From: a virus
Taxonomy: Duplodnaviria; Caudoviricetes
Strand: one strand, 5' to 3'
Virus record (IMG/VR): IMGVR_UViG_3300042808_000009
Span: 1-37,672 of that record
DNA: 37,672 nucleotides
This document shows positions 9,185-17,600 of this stretch, one piece after another; positions within the stretch are counted from its first letter, which is position 1, and every line of letters begins with the position of its first letter. The notes beneath the pieces were generated by a model that saw only the letters and a list, made by a program, of their open reading frames with translations, ran no database searches and was not told the DNA's origin. The translations under genes and the position numbers were made by a program.

Positions 9185-9678
9185 CAATTATAGACCAACT
9201 AAAAAAGACAATTAAAAATATATTCCACAAAAAAGGATTCAATGAATTTAAGAAAGACCTAGGACAAAGAGAAAGTGGAAATGATTATAAGTGCAAGAAC
9301 TCAGAAGAATTTCTTGGAAGGTGGCAATTCGGAATGGCTAGATTATCAGACTACGGAATTACTTATTTGTCAGATGGAAAATGGAAATGGAAGAATGGAT
9401 ATTCTGAAGAAAATTTCTTGAACTCACCAGAATTGCAGGATAGAGTATTTAAGTGGCATGTCGCTAATATCGTCAAAAGCGTAAAAACAAGGTATTCAGC
9501 GATTATTGGGACTAAAGTCGATGGAGTTTACATAGATGTCTCTGGACTGGTCGCAGGAGTGCATCTAGGCGGTATAGGAGGGGTTAATACTTTCTTATTC
9601 GCTGGAGTTAATTACAAAGATTCGCTGGGTACTGGAGTTAAAGATTATATTCAGCAATTCAGCGGATATAACTTATAA
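9181..9678 (+). CDS. Endolysin, lysozyme-like/lytic transglycosylase fold
   Basis: RESGNDY...N...LGRWQFG catalytic Glu motif; upstream of the holin. Confidence 0.75.
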   Translation: MTIIDQLKKTIKNIFHKKGFNEFKKDLGQRESGNDYKCKNSEEFLGRWQFGMARLSDYGITYLSDGKWKWKNGYSEENFLNSPELQDRVFKWHVANIVKSVKTRYSAIIGTKVDGVYIDVSGLVAGVHLGGIGGVNTFLFAGVNYKDSLGTGVKDYIQQFSGYNL

Positions 9679-9682
9679 ACCT

Positions 9683-9949
9683 ATGATAGAATTTGTTGGA
9701 ATAATAGTAACACTATTCGTTCAATGGCTAAAGAAAAAGCTTAAAACCGATGAATATTCTACACTGGTGATAGTAGCTTTCGTTTCTATTATCGCTGCTA
9801 CTGTGTATGCAATATTAGGAGGTACTGAGTTCTGGGAAACACTTGTTAGAATAGTAGAAGTTGCTGGAGCAATATATGCTTATATAATCCTGAGATTCAA
9901 AGATATAGAATCTCCGCCAATACAGGTAGTAGGAAGGAGTGTAAACTAA
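9683..9949 (+). CDS. Putative holin
   Basis: 88 aa, 2-3 hydrophobic helices, basic loop KKKLK. Confidence 0.7.
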   Translation: MIEFVGIIVTLFVQWLKKKLKTDEYSTLVIVAFVSIIAATVYAILGGTEFWETLVRIVEVAGAIYAYIILRFKDIESPPIQVVGRSVN

Positions 9950-9964
9950 TATTGTATAAAGAAG

Positions 9965-9991
9965 AATCTCCCTTTTATGGGGGATTTTTTT
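9965..9991 (+). terminator. Intrinsic terminator after the lysis cassette
   Basis: AATCTCCC-TTTTAT-GGGGGATT followed by T-run. Confidence 0.75.
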
Positions 9992-10036
9992 ATCCACAGA
10001 TTAAATACTTGACAAAAAATATAAAAAAGATATAAT
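9990..10036 (+). promoter_or_regulatory. sigma70 promoter with adjacent DnaA box
   Basis: TTATCCACA 9990-9998; TTGACA 10009-10014, 16 bp, TATAAT 10031-10036. Confidence 0.8.
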
Positions 10037-10136
10037 GAATATGTAGGGTGAGGCGAGGATGTTCGACAGTGACTAGGTTACGAAAGCATCGACATCCTGG
10101 CTGATAAGATAATAAATAAAAATAAAAGTAAAAAAT

Positions 10137-10409
10137 ATGGATACAGAAGAAGCAATATTAAAATGGAAGAAAATACAAGATTCTTGGCATCCTAATATGA
10201 CAACAGAAGAAATAGTAGAATATAGCGAAAAGGAAATTGCTCTTGACCAAGAGTGGAAACAATCATTGTTTGAAAAATATAACCTTCAAGATGTTTCAAT
10301 CAAACTAAAAGAAAGAGCCTACGCATTAGCATATCAATATGGTCATTCTTCTGGCTATGGAGAAATAGAGAATTATTTTCAAGACTTTAGTAGTTTATTA
10401 AAAGAATAA
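10137..10409 (+). CDS. Hypothetical protein
   Basis: ORF track; AYALAYQYGHSSGYGEI motif typical of a phage hypothetical family. Confidence 0.8.
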   Translation: MDTEEAILKWKKIQDSWHPNMTTEEIVEYSEKEIALDQEWKQSLFEKYNLQDVSIKLKERAYALAYQYGHSSGYGEIENYFQDFSSLLKE

Positions 10410-10420
10410 GAAAAAATATT

Positions 10421-10807
10421 ATGGAAAACTTTATAACACAAAAAGCTCACAAATGGGGAAAAGAAGTAGAAGTAAAAAACTATATTCCTGAAGTATTGCT
10501 TCCTATAACTAAGGCAATCAGCGAACTATCAGCTGAAGGAATTGTAGGAGTAATATACTTCTATAACAAAAATGAATGTAGTTGTTGCTACGGAGCAAAA
10601 AATGTTTCTTTCACCGTAGAAGGGAACTACGCTGGAAATATGGGAAGTTATGGAACAGATATAATTGAACATAGGATAAAATTCAGTGCTAATATGGAAG
10701 AAGCACAAATGATGTTCAAAGTATTTAAGAAGCATCTTCGAGGAACTGGATACAATATTACTTGGGAAAAAAAAGAAACTGTATGTATGTTTATAACAAG
10801 AAAATAA
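10421..10807 (+). CDS. Hypothetical protein
   Basis: ORF track; operon packing. Confidence 0.75.
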   Translation: MENFITQKAHKWGKEVEVKNYIPEVLLPITKAISELSAEGIVGVIYFYNKNECSCCYGAKNVSFTVEGNYAGNMGSYGTDIIEHRIKFSANMEEAQMMFKVFKKHLRGTGYNITWEKKETVCMFITRK

Positions 10808-11160
10808 TAGGGATAATTATTGGTGTATTGCTATTCCCTATAATAAGTAATGCAAGCATATTATCGGAGTTAAGGGTACATAATTTGAATGAAGTAGAGT
10901 TTAGTAAAAAGTGTCCTACAACAAATATGGCTTGTACTTATGGAGGAGACATATTCATAAACTTAAATACTAAAAAAGTTAATCTTTATGAGTATGCTTT
11001 CTTCCATGAAGTAGGACACAATCTATTCACACCATATATGAGAGAGTATAGAGAATATGATGAGGAAGAATTATGTGACTATTTTTCTCTTTGGATAATT
11101 ACTGGAATAGACCTAGGAGATGGACTGTTTCAGAAGATGATAATAAACGGGTTAAAATAA
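10783..11160 (+). CDS. Signal-peptide-bearing zincin metallopeptidase (ImmA/IrrE-like core)
   Basis: ATG 10783; KKIIGIIIGVLLFPIISNA signal; FFHEVGH plus EEELCDYFS. Confidence 0.65.
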   Translation: MYVYNKKIIGIIIGVLLFPIISNASILSELRVHNLNEVEFSKKCPTTNMACTYGGDIFINLNTKKVNLYEYAFFHEVGHNLFTPYMREYREYDEEELCDYFSLWIITGIDLGDGLFQKMIINGLK

Positions 11161-11165
11161 AAAAC

Positions 11166-11390
11166 ATGGAAACATATCAAAAAACACAAAATTATTTAGT
11201 TACAATGGATGTCACAGAAAATCCTGACAACATTTGGAACGATAAGTACGATGTAGAGATTAACGGTAATCATGTATTCCTTCACAACAAAGAAAAAAAA
11301 GAACTACCAGAAATTACAGAAGATAATTTGGTCGACATGGCAGCGATTATATTATCAATTCCTTCATATATCAGAAATGATATTCGATAA
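11166..11390 (+). CDS. Hypothetical protein (METYQK...)
   Basis: Start moved to the ATG after the previous stop. Confidence 0.7.
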   Translation: METYQKTQNYLVTMDVTENPDNIWNDKYDVEINGNHVFLHNKEKKELPEITEDNLVDMAAIILSIPSYIRNDIR

Positions 11391-11634
11391 GAAAGAAGCT
11401 GTATTATATAGAATTGCTCAAGAAGGAAGAAGAGATATCAGGATGAAAGAAAGAGAGGCTGAAATAATGCAGCTCAATAAAAAAGGATATAAAGTTTCAA
11501 AGGTGTCAAAAGGTCAGTACAGGATAAATAATGTTATTGATGTATATCCTCTCCACCAGGAGTATCACAATCTCGGAAGCGGAAGAAGAGGTAATTATAA
11601 GAAACTCAAGGATGTCATTGATAAAATAAAATAA
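11377..11634 (+). CDS. Hypothetical basic protein (MIFDKKE...)
   Basis: Start moved to ATG 11377, overlapping the previous gene end. Confidence 0.7.
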   Translation: MIFDKKEAVLYRIAQEGRRDIRMKEREAEIMQLNKKGYKVSKVSKGQYRINNVIDVYPLHQEYHNLGSGRRGNYKKLKDVIDKIK

Positions 11635-11635
11635 T

Positions 11636-12115
11636 ATGAAAAAAGAATACGAGGTAACCCCTGAACAAGACAAGGAGATTAAGAAACTATTAGGAATTAA
11701 TATTGGATTATGGAAGCCAGAAGAAGATGAGTGGTATAACTTTATAGATGATATTGGAATTGTTAATTCTGGTACTACATACGAAAATAACAATAGTAAT
11801 GATATTAGAAGGATAGAGATGGGTAATTACTTTCAAAATATAGAAGAAGCCCAAAAAGCCCTAGATAAACTCAAGGCAATCCAGAAGGTAAAGGAGTATA
11901 TTGCGGATAATTTCGGAGTTGTTACAGTAGATAAAAATGATTGTCAAAAATTATTCACTATTAACTATGTTAGGGGAGTAAATGAATTTATATACGAACA
12001 TAATAGTACAGCTTTAGTATATTCTCCCTTCGGTTACCTAAAATCATTTGAAGATAGTGAGCTATTAATCAAGGATTGCGAGGAAGAGTTAAAGATAATA
12101 TTTGATGTTAAATAA
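11636..12115 (+). CDS. Hypothetical protein
   Basis: ORF track; WKP...W.....G...D.RR..MGNYF...EEA pattern common in phage hypotheticals. Confidence 0.8.
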   Translation: MKKEYEVTPEQDKEIKKLLGINIGLWKPEEDEWYNFIDDIGIVNSGTTYENNNSNDIRRIEMGNYFQNIEEAQKALDKLKAIQKVKEYIADNFGVVTVDKNDCQKLFTINYVRGVNEFIYEHNSTALVYSPFGYLKSFEDSELLIKDCEEELKIIFDVK

Positions 12116-12116
12116 T

Positions 12117-12512
12117 ATGCCACAAGAAAAAGAAACTCAAAAAGAAAAGTTTGAAATTGTTAATAATAAAAAGTTTGATTCTATTAAAGATAATTATTCT
12201 GCTAGAGACTACTTTGAGAAAGAAGAATTAAATTTAAAAGAAAAAGAAACTTGGGAGGATAATCCAATTGCCATAGTGATAAATAATAATCAGAAAGGTT
12301 GGGAAAATATAGTTGAGACAAAACCGTTCACAACTCTTGATGTCGGAGAAAAGCTATATTCAGAGAGCCAAGTGAGAGAAGAAATCCAAAAGGCAATAGA
12401 GGAGGAGAGGAGTCGTATATATGATTTCCTTGAAGAATATGTGTCTAACAGAGGATTAGACGCAAAAGAAATTAGCAACATAATTTTCGATAATTATGAC
12501 CAACCTAAATAA
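12117..12512 (+). CDS. Hypothetical protein (MPQEKE...)
   Basis: ATG 1 nt after the previous stop. Confidence 0.7.
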   Translation: MPQEKETQKEKFEIVNNKKFDSIKDNYSARDYFEKEELNLKEKETWEDNPIAIVINNNQKGWENIVETKPFTTLDVGEKLYSESQVREEIQKAIEEERSRIYDFLEEYVSNRGLDAKEISNIIFDNYDQPK

Positions 12513-12960
12513 GCTGACCGCATTAATTGTGGAGGCAGTGCCAGAGATAATGGAGTTAGGAAAAGGCTGTAAGGTTAAGGTGGATTACGGAATAGCGACT
12601 GTTAAAAATCCAGATGCAGTTATCACAGGAAAAGAATGTTCGAGGTTAAGTAATTATATTATTGATGAATTATGTGGTTTTATAGAGGGAGAATGTCTTG
12701 ATGGAAGAAGCTTTTATGACTTAAAAAGAGGTATTAGAATGGATGGCAGTGTTATTTTAATGAAGCCAAAATGGTTCAAAATCCTAGGCAGGGATATTAA
12801 TCTTGAAGATTGTTTATTCTGCATTATCAATAAACCTAAAAAAGATTGGGAGTGGAAAGACAAAGCAATAAAGATACTGCTTGATAATTGGGAACTTATG
12901 AAATGCTTATCTGACCAAAGTGAGGAGACAATTAATAAATTATTAGAAATACTACAATGA
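12496..12960 (+). CDS. Hypothetical protein
   Basis: ORF track; overlaps neighbours. Confidence 0.75.
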   Translation: MTNLNKLTALIVEAVPEIMELGKGCKVKVDYGIATVKNPDAVITGKECSRLSNYIIDELCGFIEGECLDGRSFYDLKRGIRMDGSVILMKPKWFKILGRDINLEDCLFCIINKPKKDWEWKDKAIKILLDNWELMKCLSDQSEETINKLLEILQ

Positions 12961-13208
12961 ACAAAGAAGAACTAATCAAAGAAGTAACAGACTGCATTTA
13001 TGAAAATGAAGCAGATTACGATACAACTGAAAGAAGGATAAGAATGATTCTAGCTCCATTCGAGAAACAAATCCAACAAGACTTCCTAAGGGAGGTGTTG
13101 CCAGAGAAAAGAAGTCATTCTTATGGAGAAGATGAGTCAGATAAAGATTATAACGAGTGTCGCCAAGAGATAATTAATAATGCAAAGAATAAAGGAATAG
13201 AGATATGA
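12957..13208 (+). CDS. Hypothetical protein
   Basis: ATGA overlap. Confidence 0.75.
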   Translation: MNKEELIKEVTDCIYENEADYDTTERRIRMILAPFEKQIQQDFLREVLPEKRSHSYGEDESDKDYNECRQEIINNAKNKGIEI

Positions 13209-13372
13209 AAACAAAAATAAAAGTAACAAGAATAGAAGCAGGCGATGACTTAAATATTGGAGATGAGGGATATATAGACGGATATCTAGTCAAAGATAGA
13301 CCATATATTGTCGCAGTAATTAATAAAGAAATACATCTACTTTGTTTTTATCAAGTAGAGGTAATAGAATAA
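13205..13372 (+). CDS. Small beta-rich hypothetical protein (55 aa, MKTKIKVTRIEAGDDLNIGDEGYIDGY...)
   Basis: Hand translation; ATGA overlap. Confidence 0.7.
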   Translation: MKTKIKVTRIEAGDDLNIGDEGYIDGYLVKDRPYIVAVINKEIHLLCFYQVEVIE

Positions 13373-13403
13373 TATGAAAAACTAATACTAACAAAATAAT
13401 AAT

Positions 13404-13637
13404 ATGAAAACTCAAGAAGAAATAGTCTTAGACAGACTTTTAGAAAAAGGAGAGGTCGATAACTTCTGGGCTATTAGTAATTATATTCTAAGACTCGGGG
13501 CTATAATATGTCAGCTTAGGAAGAAAGGATATGTAATAGAAGGAATATTTGGAAAAGAAAGAGGAAAAGATAAGCAGTTTTGGAAAAACTATTATTACAT
13601 ATTAAAACCTAGGCACGAACAAGAAAAACTAATATGA
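13404..13637 (+). CDS. Winged helix-turn-helix DNA-binding protein (HTH_39-like)
   Basis: TQEEIVLDRL...ILRLGAIICQLRKKGYVIEG. Confidence 0.7.
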   Translation: MKTQEEIVLDRLLEKGEVDNFWAISNYILRLGAIICQLRKKGYVIEGIFGKERGKDKQFWKNYYYILKPRHEQEKLI

Positions 13638-13825
13638 GCGTAATACTTGATGAAAATAAAGAAGTGTTCAATAAGGAAAATCCTAAAACTCCTAAGTATG
13701 TTTTTTTAGGAACACTAGAAGAATATTATAAATTAAAGAAAGAAGGAAAGCTTAGACTAACTATAAAAAAAGAAAGTAAGGATGGTAATATATTCGAGAT
13801 AGACCCTAAGTCTATAAAAAGATAA
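13634..13825 (+). CDS. Hypothetical protein
   Basis: ATGA overlap. Confidence 0.7.
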   Translation: MSVILDENKEVFNKENPKTPKYVFLGTLEEYYKLKKEGKLRLTIKKESKDGNIFEIDPKSIKR

Positions 13826-13826
13826 C

Positions 13827-13855
13827 TTGACAGAATAATATAAAAAAGATATAAT
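13827..13855 (+). promoter_or_regulatory. Consensus sigma70 promoter, leaderless start of the recombination operon
   Basis: TTGACA-17-TATAAT; ATG at 13862; shares 19 bp AATATAAAAAAGATATAAT with the 10009 promoter. Confidence 0.8.
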
Positions 13856-13861
13856 AACAGT

Positions 13862-14167
13862 ATGACGATAGAAAAAACGAGAAAATATAAAAAGTCTCTC
13901 TGGTCATGGGGTTATCCAGTAATTATGTCAAAGGTATTACAATACGACATGATTGTAGATGGAAAGTGGAAAGTAAAATTAGTAGAGATTACTAAGAAAA
14001 ACATTCCATCATTATTATCAGAACTAGAAGAGTCTAGGAAAACTGAACTTGGTCATAATGTGATTATGGGAGAAATTGACAAAAAGAAGTTCTTTGCTGG
14101 TGGAATCCAGGATGAACTATTTTTAACAAGAGAAAGGAAAAAGGTTTTAACAGGGTCGATAAGGTAA
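13862..14167 (+). CDS. Hypothetical protein
   Basis: ORF track; directly after the promoter. Confidence 0.7.
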   Translation: MTIEKTRKYKKSLWSWGYPVIMSKVLQYDMIVDGKWKVKLVEITKKNIPSLLSELEESRKTELGHNVIMGEIDKKKFFAGGIQDELFLTRERKKVLTGSIR

Positions 14168-14191
14168 ATAATTAATTAAATTAAAAAGGTT

Positions 14192-14923
14192 ATGGAAAAT
14201 AAAAATATTTTAGCTACTATTCACGAAGAAGTGAACAGGGAGCTAGCAAATAAAGAAGTTTTGGCAACTCTAGTTCAGACTACTTTCAAAGGTCTTACTG
14301 CCGAAAATGCAAGGCAAGCTATAATTGAGGGAATGGTAAGAGGATTCACTTTTAAGGACTTCTTAGAAAAAAATATCTACGCTATTAAGTTTGGGGACGG
14401 ATATTCATTGGTTACATCAATTGACAACTCTAGGAAAATAGGAATGAGAAGCGGAATAGTAGGAACTGATGCTCCAATATATACATACGATGATGAAGGA
14501 AAAGTAGAATCATGCTCGGTAACTGTTAAAAAAATGATTAACGGTTATGTAGGAGAATTTACTGCTTTAGTATTCTTCGATGAATATTACAAGCCAGGTA
14601 AAACCTACAATGGAAAATATACTCCTTCTTTGTGGGATACTAAGCGAAGAACTATGATTGCAAAAGTAGCAGAGATGCACGCTTTAAGAAAGGCTTGTCC
14701 TGAAGAACTCGCTCAATCTTATGTAGAAGAAGAAATAGGAAGAGAAGAAGCTTTGAAAGTAGTAGACGAAGAGAACTCTGCTGAACAGTGGAAGGATAAG
14801 ATTTCAAAGTCAGAATCAATTGCTGAACTTTCTAAGAATTGGAGCGATACACCTATCCAGTACAAGAAAGAATTAGAATCTCTGAAAGATGAGATGAAGA
14901 ATAATCTAATTGAAAAAAAGTAA
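14192..14923 (+). CDS. bet: Single-strand annealing protein, Red-beta/RecT family
   Basis: LWDTKRRTMIAKVAEMHALRKACPEEL..Y motif; adjacent to the exonuclease. Confidence 0.85.
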   Translation: MENKNILATIHEEVNRELANKEVLATLVQTTFKGLTAENARQAIIEGMVRGFTFKDFLEKNIYAIKFGDGYSLVTSIDNSRKIGMRSGIVGTDAPIYTYDDEGKVESCSVTVKKMINGYVGEFTALVFFDEYYKPGKTYNGKYTPSLWDTKRRTMIAKVAEMHALRKACPEELAQSYVEEEIGREEALKVVDEENSAEQWKDKISKSESIAELSKNWSDTPIQYKKELESLKDEMKNNLIEKK

Positions 14924-15666
14924 TGAAAATAAAAAGGTTTGAAACAAAAGATGAATGGATGAAGGCTAGAAATGGGAAGATAACAGGTTCTTCCCTAGCC
15001 GATATCGTAAGCCAATCTGGAGCTACGAAAGAGATTATATGTAATGCTCTTGATGAGTTAGGAATAGAGTATGACAAGAAAGCAACAAAAGATGTTTTAA
15101 TGGATATGCTTCCTGTTTTAGAAAGAGCTAGGATAGAAGTAAATGGAGATAAGAAAATAGGATTTTATGAGCTTATCGCTAAAAGGATAGCCATAGCTCC
15201 AGACGGAGAGAATCCTATGGATAGGGGAACTAGGCTAGAGCCTGAAGCAATTGCTAGATTTGTCAAAGAAACTGGTAAGAAAGTAGATTCTTCTCTAGTT
15301 ATATGGGAGAGAGACGATAATGATTCTATTGCTCTTTCGCCAGATGCTTTTATTGAAAACAAGAAAGGATTAGTAACAGAAGCGGTAGAGGCAAAATGTC
15401 TATCTTCAGCAGACCATATTAAAGCATTTCTTACTCAAGAAATACCAGACAAGTATAAATGGCAAACAAGGCAATATTTCATCGTAAATAAAGACCTGGA
15501 AAACTTGTACTTCTGTTTCTATGACCCTCGTGTAATGGCAAAAGACTTCTTCTTCATCTTGATTACAAGAAAAGATGTGGAGAAAGACACAGACTTCTGC
15601 TTAGAGTTCGAAAAGCTAATCCTTAAAGAAGTAGAAGATGTAGTTAATGAACTGACAGGGTTCTAG
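14923..15666 (+). CDS. YqaJ/lambda-type exonuclease with HeH/LEM-like insertion
   Basis: EWMKARNGKITGS, MDRGTRLEPEA, SPDA, EAKC, WQ..QY motifs. Confidence 0.85.
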   Translation: MKIKRFETKDEWMKARNGKITGSSLADIVSQSGATKEIICNALDELGIEYDKKATKDVLMDMLPVLERARIEVNGDKKIGFYELIAKRIAIAPDGENPMDRGTRLEPEAIARFVKETGKKVDSSLVIWERDDNDSIALSPDAFIENKKGLVTEAVEAKCLSSADHIKAFLTQEIPDKYKWQTRQYFIVNKDLENLYFCFYDPRVMAKDFFFILITRKDVEKDTDFCLEFEKLILKEVEDVVNELTGF

Positions 15667-15667
15667 T

Positions 15668-16066
15668 ATGGAAAAAGTATTCGGATGCAAAATTGAGGGA
15701 GGAAAGTTAGTTTTTACTAGCCCATCCTCCTTCAGAGAGCATTGTAAGACTTTAATAGGAAAAGAATTAGTTCTAACTTTATCTGACAGGAAGAAGAAGA
15801 GAAGTCTATTGCAAAATAATTACTACTGGGGTGTAATAATAAAAATACTATCCGAAGAACTCGGATATGAGACAGAAGAAATGCACGAGGTATTGAAAAG
15901 CCTATTCATACCTCCTAAGGAAATAATAATTAAAGGAATACCGTTCGAGGTAAGGAAGTCCACCTCTAAGCTAAACAAAAAAGAGTTCATGGAATATAAG
16001 GATGCAATTCAGAGATGGGCTGCTTCAATGGACATATACATTCCAGACCCGAACGAATTTATATGA
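15668..16066 (+). CDS. NinB/Orf-like recombination accessory protein
   Basis: KRSLLQNNYYWG...STSKLNKKEF.EY...IPDP. Confidence 0.7.
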   Translation: MEKVFGCKIEGGKLVFTSPSSFREHCKTLIGKELVLTLSDRKKKRSLLQNNYYWGVIIKILSEELGYETEEMHEVLKSLFIPPKEIIIKGIPFEVRKSTSKLNKKEFMEYKDAIQRWAASMDIYIPDPNEFI

Positions 16067-16230
16067 AAACTATGTTCACAAATATATTTGCTGTAATATT
16101 TATCTACTTTATCCATGTTCTATTTTTCGTTATTATACAATGGGCTACTAACGGATTACTAGGGACATCTTTTGAATTTAATTTTCTTGCAGGAGGATTG
16201 CTATTAATGATTGTTAGGATGTTACTATGA
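16063..16230 (+). CDS. Small two-TM membrane protein
   Basis: ATG 16063 (ATGA overlap); two hydrophobic helices. Confidence 0.7.
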   Translation: MKTMFTNIFAVIFIYFIHVLFFVIIQWATNGLLGTSFEFNFLAGGLLLMIVRMLL

Positions 16231-16739
16231 AACCAAAATCAGCACAGCAAAAAGGAAAGAGAGCTGAGAATGAAGTAAACCGAAGAATAGAGAGAGCAGG
16301 TCTAGGAAAGTCAGTAAGAACTCCTGGCTCTGGGAGCGGAAAGATGAAGGGAGATGTATTCAATAGCTTACCATTTACAATCGAAGTAAAGAATCAGAAG
16401 ACAATAAAGCTCATGGAGTGGATTAAACAATCGAAGGAGCAGGCTAGAATAGGCTCTTATGACCCTAACAAGTGGGCTTTAGTAATAGTAGACCCTCAAG
16501 GAGTTCAAGACCCTGAGAGGATGGAAATATTCGCTGTAACAGAATTGGATGAGTGGCTAGAGCTTCTTAAAAAGTATTCAGAGCCTAAGATAAAAGAGCC
16601 AGACAGGGAATTGAAATATCTTTTGGAATCTGTTAAAATAAGTATAGATAGAGTGATTAAAGACCCGAATGAGCTTAACAATAAATATTTTGCAAAAAGG
16701 ATATCAGATACCGCAAAGAAGATTATCAAGAGATTGTAG
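16227..16739 (+). CDS. Holliday junction resolvase-like PD-(D/E)xK nuclease
   Basis: KGKRAENEV...RTPGSGS...GDV...IEVKNQ. Confidence 0.75.
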   Translation: MKPKSAQQKGKRAENEVNRRIERAGLGKSVRTPGSGSGKMKGDVFNSLPFTIEVKNQKTIKLMEWIKQSKEQARIGSYDPNKWALVIVDPQGVQDPERMEIFAVTELDEWLELLKKYSEPKIKEPDRELKYLLESVKISIDRVIKDPNELNNKYFAKRISDTAKKIIKRL

Positions 16740-16968
16740 GTTCTCGCATCCTATCGGAAGATGGGATGAAAGAGCTTCACAGCTCTAGGGGAAAGTTTTT
16801 TCTTAAACCTTTTTAGCTTTCCCCTTTTATAGTATTTCAGCTACGGTGTTCATTACATTTTTTAGATAGTTATTTATTTATTATTCGACTATTAGTTATT
16901 AACACACCCATTTCTAAAAGCGAGTGCCTATATCTGTAGCTAGGCACTGTAGCTGTGATATTATAAAA
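16738..16968 (+). ncRNA. Cluster of stable RNA hairpins (candidate sRNAs/RNase III sites)
   Basis: Stems 16738-16777 (GGAA loop), 16787-16825, and a 26-bp stem 16825-16850/16943-16968; G-U pairs favour + strand RNA. Confidence 0.55.
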
Positions 16969-17045
16969 TTAATTGTAAAAAGATGGCTTTTATAAAAATT
17001 GTATTGCTTTATCATTTATTTGTTTCGGATGTTTCGTAACAATTT

Positions 17046-17070
17046 AACTAGACTTTGTGTCTAGTTTTTT
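17046..17070 (+). terminator. Terminator-like hairpin
   Basis: AACTAGAC-TTTGT-GTCTAGTT-TTTT. Confidence 0.55.
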
Positions 17071-17074
17071 ATTA

Positions 17075-17167
17075 GGCGGTGTGGTGAAATCGGTAGACAC
17101 CTATTCTAAAGCTGGAATAGTAGCCTATGAGACTAATAGGTTGGGGGTTCGAGTCCCTCCTCCGCCA
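17075..17167 (+). tRNA. tRNA-like element A (Leu-like class II scaffold, 8-nt anticodon loop, no assignable anticodon)
   Basis: Acceptor GGCGGTG/CTCCGCC-A; D arm GTG-AAATCGGTAGA-CAC; TATTC-TAAAGCTG-GAATA; long variable arm; GGGGG-TTCGAGT-CCCTC. Confidence 0.7.
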
Positions 17168-17222
17168 CAGTCCATTTATTCCCATTATTGGGGGGCTAGC
17201 TCTTTAACAACTAGGTGAGAAA

Positions 17223-17453
17223 ATGAAAACAAGAAAGTGTCCGATTTGTGGGAACATTAGGATATGTAATAGACATCACAGATTCCCTGTCGCTGTATGG
17301 GGACAGAGCAATAACATTATCTGGCTTTGTTTAGATTGCCATGCTGAATTGCATAGGGAAATAAACAAGAAGGAAAATGATATCTTAAAGCAGTATCCTG
17401 AAATTTACACTGGAGCGTTAGATAGTGCAATGAAAAAAGGAGGTAGAAAATAA
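17223..17453 (+). CDS. Small HNH endonuclease
   Basis: CPICG...HHRFP...NNIIWLCLDCHAELH; GGTGA SD. Confidence 0.8.
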   Translation: MKTRKCPICGNIRICNRHHRFPVAVWGQSNNIIWLCLDCHAELHREINKKENDILKQYPEIYTGALDSAMKKGGRK

Positions 17454-17593
17454 TGTGGAAAGAATTTGTCTACATCATAATACTACAGTATTTCATTGTT
17501 TCTATAGTATCTCTTTATGATGGTAATGTTCCAAATGCAGGATATTGGATATTTGCAGCACTTCTGAACATCTCGGTTATCTACATGAACTAG
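17453..17593 (+). CDS. Small membrane protein (46 aa)
   Basis: AGGAGGT SD, TAATG overlap, two hydrophobic segments. Confidence 0.7.
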   Translation: MWKEFVYIIILQYFIVSIVSLYDGNVPNAGYWIFAALLNISVIYMN

Positions 17594-17600
17594 ATAAAGC

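Noticed and set aside
10054-10108. Hammerhead ribozyme (stem-GAAA, CTGATAAG)
   Set aside because: Core elements are in the wrong order and CUGANGA is not matched
17101-17120. Amber suppressor tRNA (TT-CTA-AA) and stop-codon recoding
   Set aside because: Placing CTA at 34-36 leaves no paired stem; TAG and TGA both end well-packed genes, so code 11 fits
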